Notes: generated from the letters alone by a model not told the origin. A stretch of 64,000 nucleotides of DNA from Thermoplasmatales archaeon (GCA_027310185.1 DAIDBH010000017.1:96001-160000), one strand, 5' to 3'. Shown: positions 22,181 through 33,738, numbered from the stretch's first letter. Numbers and translations: made by a program.

Positions 22181-23245
22181 GTGGATGACATGAGTGGGGA
22201 ACCGGTGAGGAAGAAACTTTCCATAGGGCATGATGAAACTGAGTATGTATGCGGAAAAAATGCAATAGATGTTGAGGATGATGAGGGCATATTCATTGTT
22301 AGTGAAAATGTCAGGAATATGTATCCGGAGAAGGTGAGAAGGTTCTCAGAGGAAAAAATTATCCTTGTTGAAGATGGTGAGAATTCAAAAAGGATTGATA
22401 ATTATGAAAAGGTATGCAGGATGCTGATTGACAGCAACGTAGAGAGGAACAGCTGCCTGACATATATTGGAGGGGGGACCATTGGTGATCTTTCAGGCTT
22501 CATAGCATCCACATACAAGAGAGGACTGAGGTTGAAAGCAATACCCACAACATTACTGTCACAGATTGATAGCTCCATCGGTGGAAAGAACGGAATAAAT
22601 TTTTCTGGCGTGAAAAATGCCATAGGTACATTCAGGAACCCTGAAAGAATAATTGCAGATACTGACTTCCTGATGAAAAATGACCAGCTCATAAGGGAAG
22701 GCATGGCTGAGATGATAAAACATGGATTCTCCCTGGATTATACAATAATTGATACGCTCATGAATAATGATATGGAAAGCGTGAAGAAAGGAGACGTGCT
22801 CAGGGACCTGATCATGAAAAATGCAGAAATAAAAGCTTCCGTGTGTGATGAAGATCCGTATGAACTTCTTGGAAGAAGATACGTACTGAACTTCGGACAT
22901 ACAGTGGCCCATGGACTTGAAGCTATATCTGAAAACAGGGTAACCCACGGATCCGCAGTGATGTACGGAATGATGTTTGAAATGAAGATGTCAGAGCTTG
23001 ATGGAATGATGAAATATGATGGAACTGGTAAAATGAGTGACCTCATGAACAGATATGGCATGAAGATGCCAGAAGTCAGTGATGAAATGCTTGAGGGAAG
23101 CCTCAAGTACATAATGAATGACAAGAAGATAAGGAATGGAAAAATCACGATTCCAATGGCTACTGAACCTGGCATGACAGTTATGACTGATCTGAAAATG
23201 GAAATTTTCAGGGAATTGTTTTTAAAAGCTGGGAGAATGATGTGA
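22181..23245 (+). CDS. aroB: 3-dehydroquinate synthase
   Basis: GGG.IGDLSGF.ASTYKRG, PTTLLSQIDSSIGGKNGIN, LNFGHT..H. Confidence 0.93.
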   Translation: MDDMSGEPVRKKLSIGHDETEYVCGKNAIDVEDDEGIFIVSENVRNMYPEKVRRFSEEKIILVEDGENSKRIDNYEKVCRMLIDSNVERNSCLTYIGGGTIGDLSGFIASTYKRGLRLKAIPTTLLSQIDSSIGGKNGINFSGVKNAIGTFRNPERIIADTDFLMKNDQLIREGMAEMIKHGFSLDYTIIDTLMNNDMESVKKGDVLRDLIMKNAEIKASVCDEDPYELLGRRYVLNFGHTVAHGLEAISENRVTHGSAVMYGMMFEMKMSELDGMMKYDGTGKMSDLMNRYGMKMPEVSDEMLEGSLKYIMNDKKIRNGKITIPMATEPGMTVMTDLKMEIFRELFLKAGRMM

Positions 23246-23246
23246 G

Positions 23247-24074
23247 ATGATGTATGGCCTTCTTGGATCACCTGTGGGCAGGTCCTGGAGTGAGGTTCTA
23301 TTCAACAGGATATTCGAACTGGAAGAAAATGACAATATTTACACAGCAATCAACATCAGTCTAGCAACACTGAAAAGATTCATGGAAAAAGTGGATGTGA
23401 GCTACAAGGGCTTCAACGTCACAATTCCTTATAAGGAGGATATCCTCAGATACACTGAAAACAGGGACCCGCTTGTATGGAAGGCAGGTGTTGCAAATGT
23501 TATAAAACGGGAAGGTAATGGTTTTACCGCCTTCAACACAGATTATGCAGGTCTCCAGGAGCTGTTCACTAAGAATAATGTGAACCTGGATGGAAAGAGG
23601 GTGGCAATTGCTGGAGCTGGTGGCGTTTCCAGGATCCTGATCTACTACATACTTACAAACTTCAGTTCGGACACACTGCACATATTTACCAGAAGCCCGG
23701 AGATGACAGGAAAGAAGATCAAGGGGACATGGCAGTATGAAAATATGAAGATAAGAAGTTATGATGATATTGAAAAATATGATGTCCTGATCAACTGCAC
23801 ACCACTGGGAATGAACCCGGGAGATCCATCACCATTTTCCCCATCTTTTTATGATGAAAAGGCCACTGCCATAGATCTTACATACCAGTATGAAGAAACG
23901 AAATTCATGAAATACGCAACCGAAAAGGGAGGCAAAGCCACCAACGGCAGGGAAATGTTCTTCAGGCAGGCAGAGGAGACTTACAGGATCTTTTTCATGG
24001 ATGAGTGCAAACGGGAAATATTCAGCAGGGCAAGGGGTGATACCTTAAGATGGATGACAGAACACTTATCCTGA
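23247..24074 (+). CDS. aroE: shikimate dehydrogenase
   Basis: GFNVTIPYKE, NTDY.G, GAGG, INCTPLGM. Confidence 0.92.
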   Translation: MMYGLLGSPVGRSWSEVLFNRIFELEENDNIYTAINISLATLKRFMEKVDVSYKGFNVTIPYKEDILRYTENRDPLVWKAGVANVIKREGNGFTAFNTDYAGLQELFTKNNVNLDGKRVAIAGAGGVSRILIYYILTNFSSDTLHIFTRSPEMTGKKIKGTWQYENMKIRSYDDIEKYDVLINCTPLGMNPGDPSPFSPSFYDEKATAIDLTYQYEETKFMKYATEKGGKATNGREMFFRQAEETYRIFFMDECKREIFSRARGDTLRWMTEHLS

Positions 24075-24889
24075 ACATGAACTCTGGAATATCGATTCTC
24101 AGTGCTTTTGTGAACTGGAAAGGAGCGGCCCTGGCACTGGATTACCAGATGGAAATAACTGCAAGGAAGGGAGATGCAAAGAAGAACCAGTGGAATATAA
24201 GGAGGATGCTGTCCATATTGAAGAACTCCTATGGAAAGGATTCAGAACTGCAGATAGATGTAAGCAGGAAAATACCTTCAGGAATGGGGTTGAAGAGCAG
24301 CAGTGCCCTGGTTTCTGGAGTTGTGAAGGCTTATTCCATATTCAATGATATGAACATGGAAACAGAGGATATTGTGACCGTATCAAGCAGGATATCAAGA
24401 CAGATAAAGGTCTCGGCCACAGGTGCATCTGATGATCTGTATGCTTCAATACTTGGAGGTCTGTGTGTAACAGATAACAGGAATGCAAAGCTACTGAGGC
24501 ATTACAGGATAAGGGAAAAACATTACATAATAATAACCTCAAGGGATAGAAGATCGAGTTATGATTATGGCAAGATGGATCTATCGTTCCTGAGAAATGC
24601 ATATGAAAGAATGTTCCAGAGATTAAATTCATACAACTTTGAAGATATAGCCATCATGAATGGATTTTATCTTGGAACAGTGTCTGGCATTGATATGCCT
24701 GGTGAGATATTGAATAAGCTCAGGTTTAACATAATGGGGATAAATGGCAAGGGACCATCCCTGTTTCTTCAGTATGAAAATCCAAAAACACTGGAAAGGG
24801 ATATAGAAATTCTCAGGAGGGGAAATGTGAGCTTTCTAGTTGCTTCAAGCACAAATCTTCCTTCATCACATGAGTGGAAAAATGAGTAG
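24050..24889 (+). CDS. aroK: archaeal GHMP-type shikimate kinase
   Basis: IPSGMGLKSSSA, SATGA.DD, G.GPS; within the aro cluster. Confidence 0.85.
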   Translation: MDDRTLILNMNSGISILSAFVNWKGAALALDYQMEITARKGDAKKNQWNIRRMLSILKNSYGKDSELQIDVSRKIPSGMGLKSSSALVSGVVKAYSIFNDMNMETEDIVTVSSRISRQIKVSATGASDDLYASILGGLCVTDNRNAKLLRHYRIREKHYIIITSRDRRSSYDYGKMDLSFLRNAYERMFQRLNSYNFEDIAIMNGFYLGTVSGIDMPGEILNKLRFNIMGINGKGPSLFLQYENPKTLERDIEILRRGNVSFLVASSTNLPSSHEWKNE

Positions 24890-26138
24890 AATTATAATTC
24901 CAGGAGAACTGAGTGGTAAAGTTGATGCTCCATCTTCCAAAAGCATATCACAGAGAGTTCTATTGCTTTCTGCCTTCCTTCCAGGGCATAAGCGCATAGG
25001 ACCAATTTCTGGATGTGAGGATGAAATGGTTGCACTTGGGATATGCAGTTCCAACGGAATGAAGATAATAAAGGACGGCAAATATTACAACATTTACGGT
25101 TCATTCACTGATCCAGAATCAATAAATGTTGGGGAATCTGGCACTGCCCTAAGAATGGTGCTTGGTCTGCTGGCGTCCAGAAGATGCAGGTGCGCTATAG
25201 ATACCGAAGGGAAACTTTTGGAGAGACCATTAAAACCCCTGATAATTTCACTTGAAGGCATTGGGTGCAGGTTTTCAATGAACGGGAGAACATTGCTTTT
25301 TGATGGGACAGATGCTAGATACGTGAAAGAAATATCCATAAACGGAGAAATAAGCTCACAGTTCACAAGTTCAATTCTTTTATACATGGCACTGAACCCA
25401 ATTGAGGATAAGATCATCCATATGGAGGGAAAGGTCAATTCAGAAGGATACCTCAACATGACCGTTGATGTGCTTAGGAAACTGGGCCTGACCATCAAAA
25501 GAACCGGTAGCGATCTCATGATAAATGGGACATTGAATGAAATGAACACTTCCCTTGATATAGAGGGAGATTATTCATCAGCCTCTTTCCTGATTGCTGC
25601 TGGATTGCTGCTATCCAGGAAGGGGATAGAAATAAATAACCTGAAAAGAGAAAGCATGCAGCCAGACGTGAATATTCTGAATTTACTTGATGGATTTCTG
25701 CAATATGGAGAAAATTCAATAATTGCCATGAAAAAAGATATAACTTCCCCCCTTGAGGTGGACGTCAACATAAACCCGGATCTGGCACCGGTTATGGCCC
25801 TATTGGGAATGTTTTCAAGACATGGGGCGACCATAAGAAATTCAGATAGGTTAACCGGCAAGGAGAGTGACAGGAAGAAGGCGATTATCCAGATAGCTGA
25901 GGCCTTCGGATCAGAAGTTGTTGAAGACGATGGAGATTTGCATATTGGCCCAAGCAAGAACGATGTTTCACCTGCACTCCCAATATTGATGGATCACAGA
26001 ATTGTCATGGAAACAATCCTGGCACAGTCAATGGTAGCAGAGAAGTTCATAGTGCACAATCCTGAAAGCCTGAACAAGAGTTATCCTTCGTTTATAGATG
26101 ATTTGATTTCCCTTGGATTTAAGGAAGAATTGGAATAA
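24882..26138 (+). CDS. aroA: EPSP synthase
   Basis: PSSKSISQR, GESGT..R, ISSQF.S, EGDYSSA, KESDR, DHRI. Confidence 0.92.
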   Translation: MSRIIIPGELSGKVDAPSSKSISQRVLLLSAFLPGHKRIGPISGCEDEMVALGICSSNGMKIIKDGKYYNIYGSFTDPESINVGESGTALRMVLGLLASRRCRCAIDTEGKLLERPLKPLIISLEGIGCRFSMNGRTLLFDGTDARYVKEISINGEISSQFTSSILLYMALNPIEDKIIHMEGKVNSEGYLNMTVDVLRKLGLTIKRTGSDLMINGTLNEMNTSLDIEGDYSSASFLIAAGLLLSRKGIEINNLKRESMQPDVNILNLLDGFLQYGENSIIAMKKDITSPLEVDVNINPDLAPVMALLGMFSRHGATIRNSDRLTGKESDRKKAIIQIAEAFGSEVVEDDGDLHIGPSKNDVSPALPILMDHRIVMETILAQSMVAEKFIVHNPESLNKSYPSFIDDLISLGFKEELE

Positions 26139-26168
26139 GGATTATTAGCAACCAAACAATTTCAATAT

Positions 26169-27821
26169 ATGCTTTTATTTCAGGACATATTGGAATTAAC
26201 AAAATCTGAAGCGAGGAAACACATCGAGACCCTGGATGACAAGGATGTTATTTTCGACCAGACTGATCATGCCCATATTACAATCAGGTTGATAAGATAT
26301 GAAAAAACGGTTGATAACTTTGATACTAAATTACAGGCCATAATGAAAGAATTGAAGAAACTTCCATTTATTAAGTCACTGGAATATGAGAAAGGTTACA
26401 TAAATATCTTTGCAGATGGATGGTATCTCCTGAATGCCATGCATGAATCCCTTGAAACAACGGGTTCCTTTCCTGATTCTTTCCAGGATCCTGAAAGAGT
26501 GTCGGTTGAACATACGAGCACAAATCCGACTGGTCCCATACATATGGGAAGGATAAGGAATTCCATAATAGGAGACTCAATTGCAAGATTGATGGAAAGA
26601 TATGGCTACAGGGTTGTCACTCAGTATTATGTCAATGACTCGGGTAAACAGATGGTATCCCTGTACCTTGGTTATGAAAAGTTCCATAAGGGTGAAAAAT
26701 TAACAAAGGAAATACTGCTGGATGGATATAAGAAGATTTATGGATATTTTGAGCAGAAGGGCGATGAAAAAGAAGTGGAATCGCTGATGGAAAAATATGA
26801 AAAAGGGGATGACAACCTGATATCACAGATAAAGAATATAGCCCAGATAATGCTGGATGATATTGTTTCTGACCTGAATCTACTTAACATAAAGATGGAT
26901 GAGTTCACCTGGGAATCAGAATTTATTGTCACTGGAGAAACAGAGGAAGTCGTCAGAGACCTTTCAGAATATATACAGGAAGAGGATGGGGCAAAATATA
27001 TAGATGTGCCCAATGTCAGGAAGATTTTTGTCAAGAGGAAGAACGGGACAAGCCTCTACGTGACAAGGGATATTGCGTATCATATGTACAAGTTCTCACA
27101 GTATGACAAATGTATTGTTGTGGTTGGGGAGGACCATAAGGAACACGGAAAAATCATGGATTATGTGATGCACCAGCTCCTGGACTATAAGAATTCTCTT
27201 GATTTTGTTTACTATGGAATGGTCAATCTTGAATCTGGAAGAATGTCTACAAGAAAGGGTACTAGCGTCACTGTGAAAGAAGTTTATGAAAAATTATACG
27301 AAAAGGCCAGGAATGAAGTCATGAACAGATATGGAAATGAGGATGATGTTGACAAAATAAGCAGGGATATAGCAGTCTCTTCTCTCAGATTTTATATGCT
27401 GAAGATCAATATGCAAAAACCCATAACCTTCAAGTGGGATGATGCCCTGGATTTCAATGGAGAAACTGCACCTTTCATCATGTATTCTTACACAAGAGCA
27501 AGCAGCATAATGGAGAAATTGAAGGAAAGTTCGGGTGAAGCAACACCTGAGAACCTTGAGAAGGAAGAAGATGATCTCATCCTTGAGATGTATAAATATC
27601 CATATAAGATAATTGATGCAACAAGAAGCCTGAGACCAGATATCATAACTGGTTATATTCTGGATCTATCTAAAAAATTCACTACTTTCTATGAGAAATG
27701 CAAGGTACTTGGTGAAGAAGAAGGAGTTGAACAGAGAAGAGTGAACATTCTGAAGACATACATGAACATCATTGATGACAGTTCACAACTTGTGGGAATA
27801 AAGAATGTAAAAAAGATGTGA
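26169..27821 (+). CDS. argS: arginine--tRNA ligase
   Basis: VEHTS.NPTGP.HMG..RN, YYVND.GKQ, MSTRKG. Confidence 0.95.
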   Translation: MLLFQDILELTKSEARKHIETLDDKDVIFDQTDHAHITIRLIRYEKTVDNFDTKLQAIMKELKKLPFIKSLEYEKGYINIFADGWYLLNAMHESLETTGSFPDSFQDPERVSVEHTSTNPTGPIHMGRIRNSIIGDSIARLMERYGYRVVTQYYVNDSGKQMVSLYLGYEKFHKGEKLTKEILLDGYKKIYGYFEQKGDEKEVESLMEKYEKGDDNLISQIKNIAQIMLDDIVSDLNLLNIKMDEFTWESEFIVTGETEEVVRDLSEYIQEEDGAKYIDVPNVRKIFVKRKNGTSLYVTRDIAYHMYKFSQYDKCIVVVGEDHKEHGKIMDYVMHQLLDYKNSLDFVYYGMVNLESGRMSTRKGTSVTVKEVYEKLYEKARNEVMNRYGNEDDVDKISRDIAVSSLRFYMLKINMQKPITFKWDDALDFNGETAPFIMYSYTRASSIMEKLKESSGEATPENLEKEEDDLILEMYKYPYKIIDATRSLRPDIITGYILDLSKKFTTFYEKCKVLGEEEGVEQRRVNILKTYMNIIDDSSQLVGIKNVKKM

Positions 27822-27902
27822 TACATCAATGGGTACAAACGGATGCAATTTACTGGTTTTAATGATATCGATCAACGTTAAATACGTTGAAAAAATCCCG
27901 CG

Positions 27903-28127
27903 ATGATAGGTATGTCTGGTCTATATCACGTAAAATGCCCGAACTGCGGAAATGAATTCAATGTAAACTATTCTGAATGGAATAGTCTTTCGGATCCATC
28001 GTTAGGTTTAATTTTCAGGTGGGGACCTCATTCGTTTTCAGTAAAGTGTCCACAGTGCCATAAGAGGGAAAGGTATCATGTCACACCTGCAGATGCAGTA
28101 ACTCAAGAAGACGACGCTCAAATTTAA
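27903..28127 (+). CDS. small Zn-ribbon protein
   Basis: Two CxxC pairs (CPNC, CPQC). Confidence 0.6.
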   Translation: MIGMSGLYHVKCPNCGNEFNVNYSEWNSLSDPSLGLIFRWGPHSFSVKCPQCHKRERYHVTPADAVTQEDDAQI

Positions 28128-28248
28128 AATTTATCTGTATACTTAGCTATTGCAATTCATATAAATTTTAGGAGAACATGAAATAAACGCGATTAGCTAA
28201 TAAATAAAAAAAATGATGAATCTAAAAATATTGAAAAAAATTAGATAT

Positions 28249-31206
28249 TTATTGTTTTGTGTTGTTATCTTTCTTTGGGACCTGCTTCTGGTCTGTTATC
28301 TTTTTCTGGCTTGACTGTGGGAGTGACTGCTGCTTTCTCTGTCCTGCTCCCGGGAATTTTCCTTTTGTAAGTCTGTAATATAGAAGAGCCAGTATCAGTA
28401 TTATTACTATAATTGCAACGATAACGAGAAGTACCCTGTCAGATGAGACACCCACACTTACAGTCTTTACAAGCTGGCCGTCCTTCTGGACAAAGCTTGG
28501 TTGGGCTGAGTTTGATGCCTGGAATGACAGACTCTGTGATCCAGAATTTGCAAGTGAGATGTTAATGTCGTATGTTCTGGTCTGGTTAACTGCCAGGCTC
28601 TGAGAGAACGACTTGCTCTTCAAAAGAGCGCCATTATCATATACTACTATGGTAAGACCGGTAACAGCCACTTTACCATGATTCGTAACATTTACCTGTA
28701 TCTCCTTTGTAACGCCCTGAGAGAAGGAACCTGAATAATGTACACCGCTCACAAGCAGTTTTGGTCCACTGTAGGTTGTTGTGTAAGAAACATTATCATA
28801 ACCACTCAGTACAGGGTTTGTTACCTTCAGGGATATGTGGATCTTTGCAACAAGGTTGAATTGAACTTCTACCCATGAAGATGTGTTCCACGCGCTGGCT
28901 GAACTATCATACTTGATAATTGATAGATTTGCTGTGTTTGCAGGTATCTTTGTTCCATTGGCAAACATGAAGGTCCAGTTATAGCGCAGGCTCGACTTAC
29001 CATAATACTTGTCAGCTGAGTAATTAGCTGTCAGTATTACCGGAGACCCAGCAGGTATTGCAGTTATATTCTTATTGGATGGATTCTGGATTGTTACAAC
29101 TGCACTTGGGTTTGTCGTATCATTTACCATGGCCTTTATCTGAACAGATCTTGTTGTGTTTCCCGCACTGGTTACATTCAGTGTTCCAAGCTTTGGAATT
29201 CCGTTGATTGTTGGAGTTGTAAACTGGTAATTTACAGTTGTTCCTTTCAGAGTTGAATTTGGAAACATCCAGCTATAACTTAACTGTACACTGTATTTTT
29301 GCAGATTATAAGTAACGTTCAGCGAACTCAGAGAGGCATCAAAGGTGACCTGTGAGTTTTGAGGTACCATTATTGACACTGTTCCAGTATCAGCCATTGA
29401 TGATGAAATCTTGTGAAGTTTGCCGTTGAATGTGTATGTGAAATTCACGTTAGGTGAATTCGTTTTCTGCAGCACAAGGAAAGTTATGTTAGTAACATTG
29501 CTAAAGCCAGAACTGTCTGTCCCTGTAAGTTTGTATGTGGTTGTTTTGGTAAGTTGAAGAGAGTAATTGTACCCGGTATATTGACTGGTAGAATTCTTCC
29601 ATGAAAATTTCACAGGTGAATTATACTGGTATTGACCTATTATGGGGTTGTAAAGTGTCTTTGACATATTAATGGAGAATGCAGTATTGTATGGGACGAT
29701 AACTACTGTGTTCTTTGCAGTTGAATTCAGTATGGATGAAGTTGTGATCATTCCCTTATAATATACAACTGCATTAGAATTTACAAAGTACGGATTCTGA
29801 ACCTTTCCAAAGGATACTGTTACCATTGAACTTGTGCTTACTGGCATTATTTCGAATGGATTTCCATAGGTTACAGATGAAGATGCAGACTGAACAGAAA
29901 CATTGACGTTATTATAGTTAATGTAAGTCACATAATTTACATTTGATGGAGTGTACTGAGTTCCCTTCTGGTATACTTTCAGTACCAGGTTCTTATAATC
30001 CTTTGATGACATTTTTGCATTTGTGTAATTTGCAAAGGTGTAGAGACTCAGGCTGTATTTGTTGTATACAAGGCTATTCGTATCTACATGGCTTCCTGTC
30101 AGATTATAGTAGGAATTGTTTGCCAGGAATGAATAGTATGTGTTCGCAGGTATGTGTCCCGCTGATTTCAAAACATCATTCATGAAACCATTTGAACTTG
30201 ACAAATTATCCAATACTTCCTGATAGGCAAGACTCATTACTGTACTGTTTGCCATATCTGGGAAGGCAGTCCCTGAATTCAGGTTATAATGTGTTACAAC
30301 GGATAATGTTTGAAGATTCTTGCTCAGGGAATAGTTCTTGAAAACGTTTGATGTTGATGGGGTTAATTTCAAATTTCCTGATACGGATATTGACATTGGT
30401 CCATAACCATTAGCTGCTATCATGAACGCAGTATCTTTTTGTGCACTGACATAGTATAAGCCAGAATTGAATGACACAGTCGTATAATGGTTAATTGTAG
30501 AATTGAATTCAACTATCTTAAACGAATTTATTTTTGCGCCTGATTTTGAATATACTGCCCCAAAATAGTTGACTGCACTGCTTCCAAGCTCTATGGTAAC
30601 CATATTTTTAGATTCCAGTGTAAGAACCTGGGATGTTACTCCCTGACTTGGCTGGTTGTTATAATAACTGTTTGCATAAAACATGGTTCCATTAGGTAAA
30701 TATGCGTTAAAAGAAGTAGAATTGGTTGTTTTTGTCAAAAATGTATAACCTTCAGTGGTTGAAAACATTATTGTTGCAGTTTCTCCATTCAGATTTTTTA
30801 AATTAACTGTAGAATAGGTAAGAACAACTGCCTTCAGGCTGATTTCTACTGCCTGATTTGCAGAATTAACATCCAGGTAGTAATATGTCTTGTTTGTCAG
30901 ATAATGCGCCCCACCTATTATGGAAAGTGTAGGCATCACTGTTACCAAATAACTTCCATAGCTTAGTGAAACGTTTAAGCTGTTGCCAGTATCTGTAAAG
31001 GTATACTGGCCCTGTGAGGCATTTATGTATATTACAGGATTCACTGCAAACCCAACTTGATTTTTCCCTTCCATCACATACATGTTAAGATTAACATGGG
31101 ACGTGGAGGGAGCATAAGAACTCGACGATGATGCTGCGGCGACATTTGCCATGCCCGCAAGAAATACTGCTATCAGAATTGCTGACAACACTTTTTTACT
31201 GTCCAA
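28249..31206 (-). CDS. large cell-surface glycoprotein (PKD/CARDB-like domains, C-terminal membrane anchor)
   Basis: Signal peptide, S/T/N-rich, VTFDAS.S / YSW.F PKD-like motifs, V.VTNHG CARDB-like motif, transmembrane helix plus basic tail. Confidence 0.75.
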   Translation of the reverse strand: MDSKKVLSAILIAVFLAGMANVAAASSSSSYAPSTSHVNLNMYVMEGKNQVGFAVNPVIYINASQGQYTFTDTGNSLNVSLSYGSYLVTVMPTLSIIGGAHYLTNKTYYYLDVNSANQAVEISLKAVVLTYSTVNLKNLNGETATIMFSTTEGYTFLTKTTNSTSFNAYLPNGTMFYANSYYNNQPSQGVTSQVLTLESKNMVTIELGSSAVNYFGAVYSKSGAKINSFKIVEFNSTINHYTTVSFNSGLYYVSAQKDTAFMIAANGYGPMSISVSGNLKLTPSTSNVFKNYSLSKNLQTLSVVTHYNLNSGTAFPDMANSTVMSLAYQEVLDNLSSSNGFMNDVLKSAGHIPANTYYSFLANNSYYNLTGSHVDTNSLVYNKYSLSLYTFANYTNAKMSSKDYKNLVLKVYQKGTQYTPSNVNYVTYINYNNVNVSVQSASSSVTYGNPFEIMPVSTSSMVTVSFGKVQNPYFVNSNAVVYYKGMITTSSILNSTAKNTVVIVPYNTAFSINMSKTLYNPIIGQYQYNSPVKFSWKNSTSQYTGYNYSLQLTKTTTYKLTGTDSSGFSNVTNITFLVLQKTNSPNVNFTYTFNGKLHKISSSMADTGTVSIMVPQNSQVTFDASLSSLNVTYNLQKYSVQLSYSWMFPNSTLKGTTVNYQFTTPTINGIPKLGTLNVTSAGNTTRSVQIKAMVNDTTNPSAVVTIQNPSNKNITAIPAGSPVILTANYSADKYYGKSSLRYNWTFMFANGTKIPANTANLSIIKYDSSASAWNTSSWVEVQFNLVAKIHISLKVTNPVLSGYDNVSYTTTYSGPKLLVSGVHYSGSFSQGVTKEIQVNVTNHGKVAVTGLTIVVYDNGALLKSKSFSQSLAVNQTRTYDINISLANSGSQSLSFQASNSAQPSFVQKDGQLVKTVSVGVSSDRVLLVIVAIIVIILILALLYYRLTKGKFPGAGQRKQQSLPQSSQKKITDQKQVPKKDNNTKQ

Positions 31207-31257
31207 TGTGATCTTCCTCTTTTTCGCTAAATAAACTCATACTTATAAACATTCCTT

Positions 31258-32265
31258 TTAAAGTTCTATTTCCGTAGTTTCTACAGGATTCATAAGATGA
31301 AGCTTGGTTACTATCTGATATGGTGTTGGAATTTTTCCACTGAACTTTAACCACCTCTTCTCGATCTTCATTCCCATTTTGTCAATGAATTTATAAGGGT
31401 TTACAAATGCCATTTTCATTATGTCTTCATGGGAAATTCTGTTCGTATTTTTCTGAATTCTATAAAGAAAGTCCATCTCCTGGAATATGTCTGGATTGAC
31501 CGTCATTACGTTATCCGTACCCAGCATAATATTAAAACCACTTTCCACGAATGAGCTGTAATCCGGCCTGATATTAAAGAAATAATTTGACCTTGGTGTT
31601 ATTGCTATATTCTCAGTAATTGCCTTCAGGGAAGTGAGCTGATCTCTATTGAGGGCTGTACAGTGAATCAGAAGGTCAGGTTTCAGATCGTATAATGGCT
31701 CAATGGGTTCCTGCCTATTTTCACTAAAATGTATTGATACTATGAGTCCCATTTTCCTTGCCTCCTTCCCAATTGATATAATCACGTCATTATCATCATC
31801 GGATACTGCACTGAATCCCACGCCCTGGATTATATCCTTGATTTTTTCAAGATCTTCAGTGCTCTCAGGTCTTCCCAGAGTGATGGCGTTAGGTTCAGCT
31901 TCTCTTATTGCCTTTAAAGTTTCAATGGATTTTGAGCCAGCTTCCCTGTAATCAAAAAAACTACCTGTACCGATTCTCTTCATGAATGAAATAGTGTTTT
32001 TCATCCCCGCGATTATTTTAGAACTGCTTGCATTTTTTAGATTTTTAATTTTAAAGCCTTCTGGACCTACTACTTCCGCGAGTGAACCGAGGGGCTCGTC
32101 CTTGATAAATGAATCACCGATGTGGGTATGAGCATTAATTGGTTTTGGCAGGTAAAAGTCCTCCTCTTTTATGCTTTCATTCTCCTCAAAGCTCTTTTCA
32201 TTACTGTAATAGATACCTTTCTTATATTCTCCATCCATATAGAAAGTGCCCCTGTATTCTGTCAT
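31258..32265 (-). CDS. amidohydrolase family protein
   Basis: INAHTHIGDS, H.SE, LGTDN. Confidence 0.85.
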   Translation of the reverse strand: MTEYRGTFYMDGEYKKGIYYSNEKSFEENESIKEEDFYLPKPINAHTHIGDSFIKDEPLGSLAEVVGPEGFKIKNLKNASSSKIIAGMKNTISFMKRIGTGSFFDYREAGSKSIETLKAIREAEPNAITLGRPESTEDLEKIKDIIQGVGFSAVSDDDNDVIISIGKEARKMGLIVSIHFSENRQEPIEPLYDLKPDLLIHCTALNRDQLTSLKAITENIAITPRSNYFFNIRPDYSSFVESGFNIMLGTDNVMTVNPDIFQEMDFLYRIQKNTNRISHEDIMKMAFVNPYKFIDKMGMKIEKRWLKFSGKIPTPYQIVTKLHLMNPVETTEIEL

Positions 32266-32272
32266 CTTATAT

Positions 32273-33700
32273 TCACCCCTTTATAACACCCATAGGTTTC
32301 AGTCTTGCGATTCCCTCGGCAATTTTTCCGCCTATTATGGAATTATATATCTCATCTATATCTTTATAGCTTTCTGGTGCCTCTTCAGTGAGTGCTGAGG
32401 TACTTGCAAACTTCATTTCAATCTTCAATGCTTCAAGCTCCTTTTCAACAGATTCAGGCGATATTGTTTCCTTGGCCATCTTCCTTCCCAGGACTCTTCC
32501 AGCACCATGGCAGCTGGTTGAGAATGAAATTTCGCTATTTCCTCTGATGCCTCTCAGCACATAGGAAGATGTTCCCATGCTTCCAGGAACAATTACAGGA
32601 TGTCCTATCCCTGCATAATAACCGGATGTAGATTCAGGTGGCAATGCTCTTGTAGCGCCCTTTCTATGAACGAGAACCTTCTGTCTCCTACCATCAATCT
32701 CATGCTCCTCGAATGCCGCAATATTGTGTGAAATATTGTACACCACTTCTGACTCCTCTTCCATGAAGTCATTCCTCATCACTTTTTTTATGGCATTTCT
32801 GATCATGCTTATTATCATCTGCCTGTTAGCAAATGCATAGTTTGCAGCTCCATTCATCGCAGAAATATATCTTTCTGCGTTCTTACTGCTTAATTCCATA
32901 TATGATAGTTGAGCATCCTTCAGCATCCTGTTATGATCTAAACTCCTGATTTCCTGGATATAATCTGTTGCAACCTGATGACCAAGCCCTCTTGAACCGG
33001 TGTGTATCATAACATATACCATATCTTTATGAATCCCATATTCTTCGGAAACCTCGCCGTTCATGATCTGGTCTGCGTACTGCAATTCAATGAAGTGATT
33101 TCCAGACCCAAGCGTACCAAAAAAATTCATTCCACGGGAATAGGCTTTATCTGAGATGGTTGCCGGTTCTGCTCCAAACATGGAGCCGTTGTAATCTGTC
33201 TTGTTTATATCGTCCTCTGTGGCCAGGTCCCTGAAATATAACCACTGAATTCCTTCAGAAGTTATGGTTTCTATATCTCTTCTTGATAACTTATTTCTGC
33301 TTCTTGCCATTCCAACCGGTACCTGCGTAAATATTTCGTTTATTATGTCCCTGATATGCAACCTGCATGTCTTTATGTCCATACCGGTATTCATCAATGC
33401 AACCCCACAATTGATGTCATAACCCACTCCACCAGGAGATACGATGCCATTGCTTGAATCAAATGCAACAACAGATCCGATCGGAAACCCATATCCCTGG
33501 TGAATGTCCGGGAGACCAACAGGCATTCCTATCTTTCCTGGAAGTTCTGCCATGTTGAGCAGCTGTGTAATGGCTTCAGACCCCATTGCCTGATTTATTA
33601 GGCTTTTTGTTCCTATGATCCTGGCCTTTGACTGATCTCTTTCTAATAAATAGGAAAAATCTGTTTCTCTAATAATTTTTATTCCCATCCCAGATGACAT
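32273..33700 (-). CDS. rtcB: RNA-splicing ligase RtcB
   Basis: PDIHQGYGFPIG, GYDINCG, GTLGSGNHF, HTGSRG.GH, HRKGAT, HGAGR. Confidence 0.95.
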   Translation of the reverse strand: MSSGMGIKIIRETDFSYLLERDQSKARIIGTKSLINQAMGSEAITQLLNMAELPGKIGMPVGLPDIHQGYGFPIGSVVAFDSSNGIVSPGGVGYDINCGVALMNTGMDIKTCRLHIRDIINEIFTQVPVGMARSRNKLSRRDIETITSEGIQWLYFRDLATEDDINKTDYNGSMFGAEPATISDKAYSRGMNFFGTLGSGNHFIELQYADQIMNGEVSEEYGIHKDMVYVMIHTGSRGLGHQVATDYIQEIRSLDHNRMLKDAQLSYMELSSKNAERYISAMNGAANYAFANRQMIISMIRNAIKKVMRNDFMEEESEVVYNISHNIAAFEEHEIDGRRQKVLVHRKGATRALPPESTSGYYAGIGHPVIVPGSMGTSSYVLRGIRGNSEISFSTSCHGAGRVLGRKMAKETISPESVEKELEALKIEMKFASTSALTEEAPESYKDIDEIYNSIIGGKIAEGIARLKPMGVIKG

Positions 33701-33738
33701 TTAATAATACTTAATAAACAGTGAAATATTAACACTGT

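Noticed and set aside
964-26138. Many antisense or overlapping ORFs in the track (e.g. 964-1365, 4546-5019, 8528-9154, 14195-14902, 22738-23271)
   Set aside because: Shadow frames of well-supported genes on the opposite strand.
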